Of a stretch of DNA of 64,000 bases, positions 53,573 to 64,000 are shown piece by piece; position 1 is the first letter of the stretch, and every line of letters begins with the position of its first letter. The DNA is taken from assembly GCA_965287045.1 (NCBI GenBank), contig OZ336880.1, positions 27,342,001-27,406,000 of the forward strand, read 5' to 3'. Under the pieces are notes generated by a model that made no database searches, had not been told where the DNA came from, and worked only from the letters and a program-made list of their open reading frames with translations. Origin of the DNA: Carcharhinus amblyrhynchos. Its lineage: Eukaryota. Made by a program: the position numbers and the translations under genes.

Positions 53573-53923
53573 AAGGTGGTTGGAGTATTAGGGTAGGAAA
53601 GTCTTGCTGCAATTGCACATGGTACTGGTAAGACCTCATCTGGAGTACTGTGAGCAGTTTGGTTCCCTTTTTTAATGAATTATTTCATCGAAAATAGTTC
53701 AGAAAAAGTTCACTAGGATGTTCCCCAGTATAGATATCTTATGAGGAAAGGTTAAACAGCTTGGGCCTCTACTCTTTGGAATTTAGAAGATTGCGCAGTG
53801 GTCTCATTAAAACATATAGGATCCTTAAAGAGCTTGATAGGGTAGATGCTGGGAGATCTTCCCCTCGTGGGACAGTCTAGGACCAGGGGGCAAAGAATAA
53901 AGAGGTGCCAATTTATTACTGGG

Positions 53924-55241
53924 TAAAGTAAGTAGTCTCACAACACCAGGTTAAAGTCCAACAATTATTTGGTAGCATGAGCTTTCGGAGCCGCTCCTTC
54001 ATCAGGTGAGTGCAGGATTTGTTTCACAAACAAGGTATATATATAGACATAAATTCAATTACAAGATTGAGATTGGAATGCAAGTCTTAACAGGTAATCA
54101 AGCCATCCCCTACGGACAAGCTTTCCACATATGCAGGATCTGCTCAGATGAGGAGGATCGAGACACCTACAGATGCTGAAAGACACCCTCGTAAGAAGAG
54201 GATCTGGCACTCGACTCATCGATCGACAGTTCTGATGTGCCACAGTGAAAAACTGCACAGACCTCCTCAGAAGACAAACATGGGACACGGCAGACAGAGT
54301 ACCCTTTGTCATCTGGTACTTTCCTGGAGCGGAGAAGCTATGACATCTTCCCCGGAGCCTTCAACATGTCGTCAATGAAGACGAACATCTCACCAAGGTC
54401 ATCCCCACGCCCCCACTATTTGCTTTCAAACAACTGCACAATCTCAAACAGACCGTTGTACGCAGCAAACTACCCAGCTTTCAGGGGAACAGTAACCATG
54501 ACACCACCTGTGCAAGATGTGCCAGATCATCGACATAGATGCCATCCTCTCACGTGAGAACACCATCCACCAGGTACACAGTACATATTCTTGTGGCTCA
54601 GCCAACATTGTCTACCTGATACGCTGCAGGACAGGACATCCCAAGCTACATTGACAAGACTATGCAGATGCTACAACAATGGATGAATGGACACCGCTCA
54701 ACAATCATCAGGCAGGAGTGTTCCCTTCCTTTCGGGGAACACTTCAGCAGTCAAGGACATTCAGCCTCTGACCTTCAGTTAAGCGTTCTCCAAGGTGATC
54801 TTCATACACATGACAGCGCAGAATTGCTGAGCAGAAACTGATAGCCAAGTTCCGCACACATGAGGATGGCCTCAACCAGGATCTTGGGTTCATATCACAC
54901 TACCTGTAACCCCCACAACTTGCCTGGGCTTGCAAAATCTCACTAACTGTCCTGGCTGCAGACAATTCACATCTCTTTCATCTGTAATTAACCCTCCCTC
55001 CACTCACACTATCTGCACTTTTAAAGACTTGATTAACTTATTAAGACTCACATTCCAACAATGATCTTGTAATTGAGTTTGTGTCTGTATATGACCTGTT
55101 TGTGAAACAAATCCTGCACTCACCTGATGAAGGAGTGATGCTCCAAAAGCTCGCACTACCAAATAAACCTGTTGGACTTTAACCTGGTGTTGTGAGATTA
55201 CTTACTGTGCCTACCCCAGTCCAATGCCGGCAACTCCACAT
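53924..55241 (+). mobile_element. PLE with GIY-YIG remnant and short inverted 5' arm, inserted in a CR1 3' end
   Basis: Inverted arm at about 53928-54095 with a - strand hammerhead at 53975-54013 (stem II GGAG/CTCC); + strand ORF remnants (SANIVYLIRC); 15-bp TSD CAATTTAT(T/G)ACTGGG at 53909-53923 and 55242-55256. Confidence 0.9.
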
Positions 55242-55342
55242 CAATTTATGACTGGGCTAAGGAGGAATTTCTTCTGTCAAAGGGTTGCGAATCTTTGAAA
55301 CTTCTTGCCACAGAGAGCTGTCAGGGCAGAGTCCTTATGTAT

Positions 55343-56119
55343 TTTGATTTGATTTGATTTCTTATTGTCACATGTATTAACATACAGTGAAAAGTATTGT
55401 TTCTTGCGTGCTATACAGACAAAACATACCATTCATAGAGAAGGAAACGAGAGAGTGCAGAATGTAGTGTTACAGTCATAGCTAGGGTGTAGCAAAAGAT
55501 CAACTTAATGCAAGATAAGTCCATTCAAAAGTCTGACAGCAGCAGGGAAAAAGCTGTTCATAAGTTGGTTGGTACGTGACCCTCAGACTTTTGTATCTTT
55601 TTCCCAAAGGAAGAAGGTGGAAGAGAGAATGCCTGAGATGTGTAGGGTCCTTAATTATGCTGACTGCTTTGCCGAGGCAACAGGAAGTGCAGACAGAGTC
55701 AATGGATGGGAGGCTGGTTTGTGTAATGGATTGGGCTACATTCACGATCTTTTGTAGTTTCTTGTGGTCTTGAGCAGAGCAGGAGCTGTACCAAGCTTTG
55801 ATACAATCAGAAAGAATGCTTTCTATGGTGCATCAGTAAAAGTTGGTGAGAGTCATTGTTGACCTGCCAAGTTTCCTTAGTCTTCTGAGAAAGTAGAGTG
55901 GGTGGTGGACTTAACTATTGTGTTGGCATGGGGGGACCAGGACAGGTTGCTGGTGATCTGGACACCTAAAAACTTGAAGTTCTTGACTCTTTCTACTTTG
56001 TCCCCATTGATGTAGACAGGGGCATGTTTTCTTTAACGCTTCCTGAAGTGGATGACAATCTCCTTCATTTTGTTGACATTGAGGGAGAGATTATTGTTGT
56101 CATACCTGTTCACCAGATT
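55343..56119 (-). mobile_element. Rex1/Babar-like 3' fragment
   Basis: HSLFHLLPLGKRYKSLR; (TTTGA)n tail on +; same family as 29935-30724. Confidence 0.85.
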
Positions 56120-56155
56120 TATTTAGGGCTGAGATAGTTAGAGTAGTAATGGAAT

Positions 56156-57876
56156 AACATAAGAACATAAGAAATAGGAGCAGGAGTAGGCCATCTAGCC
56201 CTTCAAGCCTGCCCCGCCATTCAATAAGATCACGGCTGATTTGTTGTGGCTCAGTTCCACATTCCCGCCCTCTCCCCATAACCCTTAATCCCCTCTCTTA
56301 TCAAAAACCCATCAACCCGTGTCTTAAAAATATTTAGCGAGGTAGTCTCCACCACTTCAACGGGCAGAGAATTCCAGAGATTCACCACCCTTTGAGTGAA
56401 GAAGTTCCTCCTCAACTCCGTTCTAAACCGCCCCCCCCTTTATCTTGAGGCTGTGCCCCCTAGTCCTACTATCCATTCTGAGCGGGAAGAGTATCTCCAC
56501 CTCTATCCTATCCATCCCATTCATCATCTTATACGTCTCAATGAGATCTCCCCTCATTCTTCTGAACTCTAACGTGTACAAGCCTAATTTATTCAGCCTC
56601 TCCTCATAGCTCAACCCCCTCAACTCTGGCATCAGCCTAGTAAACCTCCTCTGCACTCCCTCCAAGGCCAAAATATCCTTGCGTAAGTATGGCGCCCAAA
56701 ACTGCACACAGTACTCCAGCTGCGGCCTCACCAATGCCCTATACAGCCGCAGCAAGACCTCCCTACTTTTATATTCAATCCCCCTCGCTATGAAGGCCAG
56801 CATCCCATTCACCTTCCTGACCACCTGCTGCACCTGCAAGCTGGGTTTTTGCGACTCATGCACAAGGACCCCGAGGTCCCTCTGCACCGTCGCCTGCTGC
56901 AGTTTTTCGCCACATAAGTAATAATCCTTCCTACTATTATTCCTACCAAAGTGGACCACCTCACACTTGCCAACATTAAATTCCATTTGCCATTTCCTGG
57001 CCCATTCGCCCAGCCTATCTAGATCCTTCTGCAGACTCTCCACACCCTCCGCACAATTTGCCGTTCCACCAATCTTGGTGTCATCAGCAAATTTCGACAC
57101 CCTACACTCGGTTCCCTCCTCCAGATCATCTATATAAATGGTAAAAAGCTGAGGCCCCAGCACCGACCCCTGGGGCACTCCACTAGTCACCATCCGCCAA
57201 TCCGAATAGCACCCATTGACCCCCACTCTCTGCCTCCTATTTGACAACCAATCCTCTATCCACGCTAACACCCTACCCCCAATTCCATGTCCCCTGACCT
57301 TCTGCAATAACCTCTTGTGAGGTACCTTGTCAAACGCCTTCTGAAAGTCAAGAAAGACCACATCCACCGGCTCTCCTCTATCCACCGCCCTAGACACATC
57401 CTCATAGAACTCCAGTAAATTTGTCAGACACGACTTCCCTTTAATGAAACCGTGCTGCGTCTGCTCTATCAAGCAATTCCCCTCAAGATGCCTCGCTATT
57501 TCCTCCTTGATGACGGATTCTAACATTTTACCTACAACAGACGTTAAACTAACCGGCCTATAATTCCCCGCCTTTTGCCTGGCACCCTTCTTAAACAACG
57601 GCGTAACATTAGCTGTTTTCCAATCTTCCGGCACTTCCACGGAATCCAGCGATGTCTGGAAAATAACCACCAAAGCATCCACTATCACCTCCGCCATTTC
57701 TTTCAGAACCCTCAGATGCATTCCATCCGGTCGTGGCGACTTGTCCATAATCAGCCCCTCCAGTCTGTCGAGCACCGCCTCTCTAGTAACAGTAATGTCA
57801 TTGAGACCCTCCAGTCCTACCACCTTTCCATCTCTAACACCCGGCAAATTATTCACGCCCTCCTCCGTGAAGACAG
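56156..57876 (-). mobile_element. Young 5'-truncated CR1 with an uninterrupted 477-aa RT frame
   Basis: ORF 56423-57856 with YRPVSLTS, QHGF, DFQKAFD, GVPQGSVLGP, KFADD; (ACATAAGA)2 tail on +. Confidence 0.96.
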
Positions 57877-58935
57877 AAACAAAAACAAAATCAAGGAATC
57901 AAGGATTACGAGGAAAAAGCAAGAAAGTGATCCTATTGAATGGTGGAGCAGGCTCAAGGGCCTACTCCTCCTCCAATTTCTTATGGTTTTTTGTGGTATT
58001 ATGATAACCAAAGATAATTTACTTTAGCTGTACACAATTTCTAATGGTTTATTCCTCTTACCGTCTCATGCATGAATCATTCTCTTACTTGCTGCTTGGA
58101 CAATCAGAATCAAAGCACATGGAAAGAAAAGCTATCTGATCAAATGTTAATTGCCAGCCAAGGTGAAAGAATAGTGCATTATATTATTGGTCCATTGTAT
58201 TTTGTAAATGATGACCTATATATTTTAAATATTATAAAGCAAAATAAAATGTATAAAGTTATATTTAAATAATTGTGTACGTGTAAGGAGAAAAAGACTT
58301 GCATTTAGATAGCATATTTCAAGATCTCTGAATATCCAAAAGCTTGCTAAGCTGATGAAACATGTTTGAAATGCAATTATTGTTATAATGTTGGGACTTC
58401 TAGCCACCGTTATAATAACAACACTCCTTTTTTTACTAATCTTAATTTGGGTTACAAAATTGACCAATGTTTGTATTTGGACACTTTAGAAGCAGATCAC
58501 TCAACGGAGCAAAGAAGAGTCTACTGGCTTTGGGCCAGTTGAACAAGGCACATGTGGAATAATGGGCAGGACACCTCCAAACAAAGAGGATAGCATGAAA
58601 AATGACATTCGACCCATTATGCCTGTAATGGCACTTTGCAAGAGCTATGCAATTTGTTCAGATTATCTGTCCTTTCCCCATAGCCCTGTAAATTTTTATC
58701 CTTCAATTATTTATCCAGTTCCTTTTTGGAAGTTTCAGGCAGAGCATTCCAGATCAATACGTAAAAAATGATTCTTCCAATATAGCCTCCAGTTCTTTTG
58801 TTAGTTAGCTTTAATTACCATTACCAATTCCTCTGTCACTGGAAACTATTTCTCATCATTTATTTTAACAAAATGCTTCCTGATTTTGAACAGCTCTATC
58901 AAACCCCCACTTAACTTTCTGAGTTTTAAGGAGAA

Positions 58936-59447
58936 TGAAGTAGCGAAAGGGTTAATGAATTTTGTATCTAGAATATATCATAAACATAACCCTTCATCAT
59001 GGCTGATCTTCCCAGGCTTATATTGCTCCTGGCATTAATGTAAATGACTTGTTCATTTCTTTCATTCTTTAACACTCATAAAGACAAATGATCAGATGTG
59101 AATGTAAAGACAAATGGTCAGATGTGAATGTTATTTTGCAGACATTGCAAGCCTTGCCTGTTTATGTTAATCACACAAGTAACTTCAAAGACAGAGATGC
59201 CAAAGCAGTCATAGGCATTGTAATTGAAGAAGGAAGATCAAAGATTTTGACGGAATTGCAAGTTTGTGTCATGTTTGTTACTAAGACTTATGATGTATAA
59301 ATACCTGCTTGTGTTTGTGTTCCATGAGAAGTCTACCTGTCCTTGTTTGGAACCAGTTTCTCCCAAAGCTCTGGAATAAAAGCCAGGGCTTTGAAATAAA
59401 AATTTTGACTCACTAACAGTCTCAGAGGTGTTATTTTACCTACAACA
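58936..59447 (+). mobile_element. 5' LTR of an ERV-like element, inserted in a CR1 tail
   Basis: TG...CA termini (TGAAG...CAACA); TATAAA near 59297; AATAAA near 59375 and 59395; immediately followed by a PBS. Confidence 0.8.
59079..59130 (+). repeat. 26-bp tandem direct repeat in LTR U3
   Basis: TAAAGACAAATG(A/G)TCAGATGTGAATG x2. Confidence 0.9.
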
Positions 59448-59450
59448 ATT

Positions 59451-59468
59451 TGGTGCCGAAACGCAGGA
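59451..59468 (+). other. Primer-binding site complementary to tRNA-Phe
   Basis: TGGTGCCGAAACGCAGGA matches TGGTGCCGAAACCCGGGA at 16/18, 3 nt after the LTR end. Confidence 0.8.
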
Positions 59469-59541
59469 TCTGTTTGTGGGCTTAGGTTGAATGGCCACAA
59501 TCTGGGTACTGGAATAGATCACCGAACTCAATAGGGTGAGA

Positions 59542-59579
59542 CGCTTCGCAGCCTTTTGGCTAAGATCAAGTGTAGTATC
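59542..59579 (+). pseudogene. U2 snRNA 5' fragment (nt 3-40) inside the ERV leader; a second, shorter copy at 59651-59671
   Basis: CGCTTCgCaGCCTTTTGGCTAAGATCAAGTGTAGTATC, 36/38 identical to vertebrate U2 as recalled; no downstream U2 stem-loops or Sm site. Confidence 0.9.
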
Positions 59580-59913
59580 GACATGCTGTGCTTGGTTGAA
59601 GTCATTAGGTTACATTTCGGCTTCATTTGAAGCAACTTTTAAAAGTGGCATCTCGGTCTTTCGGCTAAGATGCAAATGAGATCAAGCCTTGGAGGAGGAG
59701 CCACACTTACTCCAATCAGCTTGGATCATGTAGATCAAGCCCAAGACAGGAGGTGAGAGCCCTGTCTTATCAGCTTGGATCGAGAATGTCTCAATTTGTT
59801 GAGACTCTGAATTGGACGTGATTGGATTGAATTGGAATAAAAACAAAAAAAAATTAGGGTCAGTCAAACTACAGTGGGAAATCATCTGTGCTGAGAGTCT
59901 GTGATGGTAGAGT

Positions 59914-60273
59914 GTAAACACAGTAAAAAGTCTGACAACACCAGGTTTTAGTCCAACCGATTTATTTGATAATAGACTCACAAGCTTTTGAGGTTTCCCT
60001 CTTTGTCAGGTGAATGGAGAGTTCTGGCCTCAGACAGAGCACATAAAGCACAGACAGTTTAGAGATTACTGATTCTAATTCTAATCAGTAATCTCTAAAC
60101 TGTCTGTGCTTTATATGCTCTGTCTGAGGCCAGAACTCTCCATTCACCTGACGAAGAGAGAAACCTCGAAAGCTTGTGAGTCTATTATCAAATAAATCGG
60201 TTGGACTAAAACCTGGTGTTGTCAGACTTTTTACTGTGTTTACGCCAGTCCAACGCCGGCATACCCACATCAT
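59914..60273. mobile_element. Fold-back PLE insertion in the ERV leader
   Basis: Arms 59914-60074 and 60083-60243; hammerhead motif at 60142-60181; TSD-like ATGG(T/G)AGAGTGT on both sides. Confidence 0.92.
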
Positions 60274-60643
60274 GGGAGAGTGTGACAGAGTTCTGAACTG
60301 AACATATACGGATAAGGAGGCATTTGTTTTTAAAACACCCAGCCTTAGACCGGTTGTTAAGAGGGAAAATCCCCCACACAATGGTCAGGAATTTGAAGTG
60401 GGTGTAAAAGACTGGAGCAAGGTGCCTGGAGTATGATGTTCAGATGTGAGTGGGAAAGAGACTGTCCGAAGTGGTCACTGGAGTTGAAGGAAAAGCCGGC
60501 TTAAGTTTAAAAGTGTAGGCTTACTAGTGTAAGCGGTGGTACGGAGCGCACTGATCACTGGACTCTGATAAGAGCAGCCAACGAGTGGGAGAGCAAGATG
60601 GGAGAATAGAGGACTCCAGGTGGTGGGTATAAACTTATCTGTT

Positions 60644-61720
60644 ATGGCAGGATCACAAGGACAGTGGGGACCCCTGGGATCCCTCATAGAGGAATATTTG
60701 ACTGAGAGGGACAAATTCATTGAACAGATGAGAAAAGGGAGGTGGGTCTCATCTCACCCATTAGACCAACAATGAAAATGGTTGGGAAAGGAAAGGAAAG
60801 ACAGACCTAAGAAAATTGGAGTTCTCTTAGTTCACCAATTGGCCGGATTAATTGAACAAGTCTCAGTGTCTCGGGTAAGAAATGGGCTGACGACAAAGCA
60901 AAAATCAAAATATTGGAATTACGCAATAGAGAACTAGAAAAGAGAAACCAAATTTTAAATGACCCCAGTTGGGGATCCTTGCCTCCCTATAGGTCGGCCA
61001 TAAAACCCACAGCACCCGGAGGAGACTTCGACCCCAATGAGGAAGAGGTCTATGATCTCACTCCCATAATTCGGGGTGGGACATTACAGAAACGTATATA
61101 AACCCTTTACCCCAGGAGAAAGACAACAAGTTTTGGCTTCCCTGGGAAGGCTCCAGCCCCAGAGTAACAACAGCAAATTTTGGGTTTGCCCAAGACACCA
61201 TTTGGGTTGGACACCAGTTACGCTTGCAGGACATACAGCGGTTGGTATGGGCTGCTTGCCCACAGGACAAGTGGAGACTAATGGGTGATGGAGCAGGCCA
61301 GCCACCGACTGAGCTCGGTTGGATTACCGAGGCAGAAGGTGGCCGTATGTGATACAGACAACTACCGAGATCGCTGCAATGGTGGAACAATTTAATCAGT
61401 TTAAGGCAGAAGTCCAATGATTCTTGGACAATGCACCAACCAAATGGTCCAGAATTACCAATACTAAACAACAAAGGAGTGAAGAAGCTTCCGAATTACC
61501 AATACTAAACAACAAAGGGGTGAAGAAGCTTCCAAATTTGGGGAGCGACTCTTTAGAGTATATCAAGAATGTTCGGGAGTGGCCAAACCTGCCCGAACAG
61601 ACAAGTGTTTAAAGATGGGCTGTCATCAGCTCACCAAAAAAATTCCTTAAAATGGGAATTCTTAGTACGCAGAACTATGATGAATTAGTAGGATGGGCAT
61701 AGACCAGATGAGAGACCATA
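60644..61720 (+). pseudogene. Disrupted gag-like ORF of the ERV-like element
   Basis: MAGSQGQWGPLGSLIEEYL..., coiled-coil-like ELRNRELEKRNQ, LPPY/PTAP motifs, capsid-like YKPFTPGERQQVLASL; stops and frameshifts. Position after LTR-PBS-leader supports the call. Confidence 0.6.
61452..61533 (+). repeat. 41-bp tandem duplication within the gag remnant
   Basis: GAATTACCAATACTAAACAACAAAGG(A/G)GTGAAGAAGCTTCC x2; frameshifting length. Confidence 0.9.
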
Positions 61721-63535
61721 AGGAGAAACCTTAGGTTTTGTGTTTCAGTGTGTTTGTGGGATCTGTTGCTTGTTGACCGTAGGTGGTTGTTGTTGTACTA
61801 GATTGAAAGCAAGAGTTGTTAAAGCCTGTGTGCTCTTGTAGAGTATTTATTGTGGACAATAAATGCAATGCTTTATACTTTGTTTCACCTTCAAAGGGGC
61901 GGGCTGTTAAAACTGTTAAATTTTAAGTACAAGATTTCTTGAATTTACTTTTTTGAGTTTAATTACAGTTTGGAAGAAAGAAGTATGAAGACAACTAAAA
62001 GAAAACAAAGAAAATAGATTAAAACAATGTTCTATTTTCATCCCAGTTTAGAATGTTGGATTTGAATAAAGGATAATGTGGAATGAATGTTGGAAGCTTC
62101 CATGTATGTCTGTGTGTGTTTAATAAAGTGGATGGGATGTTTTTGTTTTTGTTGTTTTTAGTATTTTCCCTAATTGTGATTTTACAACAGTGTGTTTGAT
62201 ACAGAACTTAAATGAAAACTAGAAAGTAAATTGATATTTCAAAATTAAAGTATATAAATTGAAGTTTGAGATAACCACTTTGAATTTTGAATAATCCTGG
62301 GTTCAAATTTTGTTAAGAAAGGATTTAAACCTTGGAAGGAACTATGTGCTCTTTCCTTTGTCTTGAAGAAGTCATTTGAGACTAAATCAGCTGGCTTGTG
62401 AATGACAAGTCTAGTTGCAAGATTGTTTATCACAACCTAGTGATAACTGAGACTTGAAGAGTTTGGTTCATTCAGATTTTCTATTGTTAACTTCCAAATT
62501 AAAGTGATTAGTTACTCTTAAGTGTTACAGTTTCTGACATTTAAATTGAGTGCAAAATAACCAGCTTATAAATGGGAAGTTGTCTGAATTCTAAAGAAGT
62601 AAACAAGTTTAATTTTGACAAATAAAGGGTAATGGAAAGAGACTCTGTATGGGTTTTGTGTTTCAAAGAGGGATGCATTGAAATATGTTCTCAGTTTATG
62701 ATGTAACCATTTGAATGTGAGGTAATATTACTAAGTAATATCTGTTTGTTTTGTGACTTTCCTATACTAAATAAATGTTATCTGTGGTAATCCTCACTTT
62801 CACATGTAAAGTTTGTTGATTCAATGCATGTAAATGCTAATATGTTGGGAGTTAAATTTTCTGAAAAGCTAAGGGCTCTGTGGAGTGTCAATGACTTTAT
62901 AACAGATGACAGGATTTTTCCTAGTGCTTAGTTACTTGGGGTTACAGGGGTTAAAATGCTTAAATGGGAACAAATAAACCATTTGTGCAAGTTATGTTAT
63001 TCATAAATTGGTGAAGTGGACAAAATGATGGAGGTGTTTCTTCTATAATTTGTTAAACTTCAACAATGGAAAACATTTGAATTACTTTTGCTTTGTAGTT
63101 TGGCTACATTGTGTTAATTGGGTCATAAAAGAACATAGTATGTGTATGCCAGAAGGTGATAGATTTTGAGCCGTGACTGTAGAAGTTTAAATCTAATTGG
63201 TAACTGTGACAAAAGAATGGTTATTATGCAAATTTGGATCATTTTAAAATAACGAATATTTTGGAGAGTTAAACCTACCTCTTCCGCACTTTTTGGGTGC
63301 ATGACCCTTCAAGATCCAAATTTGAATGTTATTTCCTTTGCATTTGTATCAATGATTTATTGTCCTGTGCATAATTCTGAATCTAAAATGGTATTTAGAA
63401 TATGTGATTATTTGTATTTGTAGCATGTTGTCTGTAGCTTCTGGAATATCAATATGTTGTGGGGATGTATTATTACTGCGCTTGACTGTTGAGTGACTGG
63501 GGAAATCCTGACAGACACTGGCCCTGAGTTTATTC

Positions 63536-64000
63536 GGTGCTATTCGGATTGGCGGATGGTGACTAGTGGAGTGCCCCAGGGGTCGGTGCTGGGGCCTCAG
63601 CTTTTTACCATTTATATAGATGATCTGGAGGAGGGAACCGAGTGTAGGGTGTCGAAATTTGCTGATGACACCAAGATTGGGGGAACGGCAAATTGTGCGG
63701 AGGGTGTGGAGAGTCTGCAGAAGGATCTAGATAGGCTGGGCGAATGGGCCAGGAAATGGCAAATGGAATTTAATGTTGGCAAGTGTGAGGTGGTCCACTT
63801 TGGTAGGAAGAATGGTAGGAAGGACTATTACTTACGGGGCGAAAAACTGCAGCAGGCGGCGGTGCAGAGGGACCTCGGGGTCCTTGTGCATGAGTCGCAA
63901 AAACCCAGCTTGCAGGTGCAGCAGGTGGTCAGGAAGGCGAATGGGATGCTGGCCTTCATAGCGAGGGGGATTGAATATAAAAGTAGGGAGGTCTTGCTGC
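63536..64000 (+). mobile_element. Young 5'-truncated CR1 RT, running off the window
   Basis: CYSDWRMVTSGVPQGSVLGPQLFTIYIDDLEEG...KFADDTK; near-identical to the reverse complement of about 56755-57215. Confidence 0.95.

Noticed and set aside
59542-59730. Functional U2 snRNA gene
   Set aside because: Similarity stops at U2 nt 40; no Sm site or 3' stem-loops, and it lies in an LTR-element leader.
59680-59781. CRISPR-like repeat-spacer array
   Set aside because: Only two units, the interiors are self-complementary, the context is eukaryotic and there are no cas genes.
50950-64000. SF3B1 exons expected from recalled human synteny
   Set aside because: No SF3B1-like coding sequence recognised; any link between that neighbour and the U2 fragments is unsupported.

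Overview
Vertebrate genomic DNA, most likely elasmobranch (shark) judging by HE1/V-SINEs and the CR1 and Penelope families present. Two host genes lie tail-to-tail, as I recall they do in human. HSPD1/Hsp60 is on + (10 coding exons, 5517-17548; the ATG exon lies upstream of the window). COQ10B is complete on - (5 exons, 50678-19395, 235 aa) with a CpG-rich CRE/GC-box promoter. Most of the rest is nested transposons: old and young CR1 LINEs, Rex/Babar, a Tx1 fragment, two Gypsy remnants, SINEs, Penelope-like elements (PLEs) and the 5' part of an ERV-like element. Two observations stand out. (1) The ERV leader carries two copies of the U2 snRNA 5' end just after a candidate splice donor, followed by two hairpins with the same outer stem and different inner stems. 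(2) A set of fold-back PLE insertions, most with target-site duplications (TSDs), carry minimal hammerhead ribozyme motifs whose stem II covaries between copies. Family names and cross-species comparisons come from recall, not database searches.
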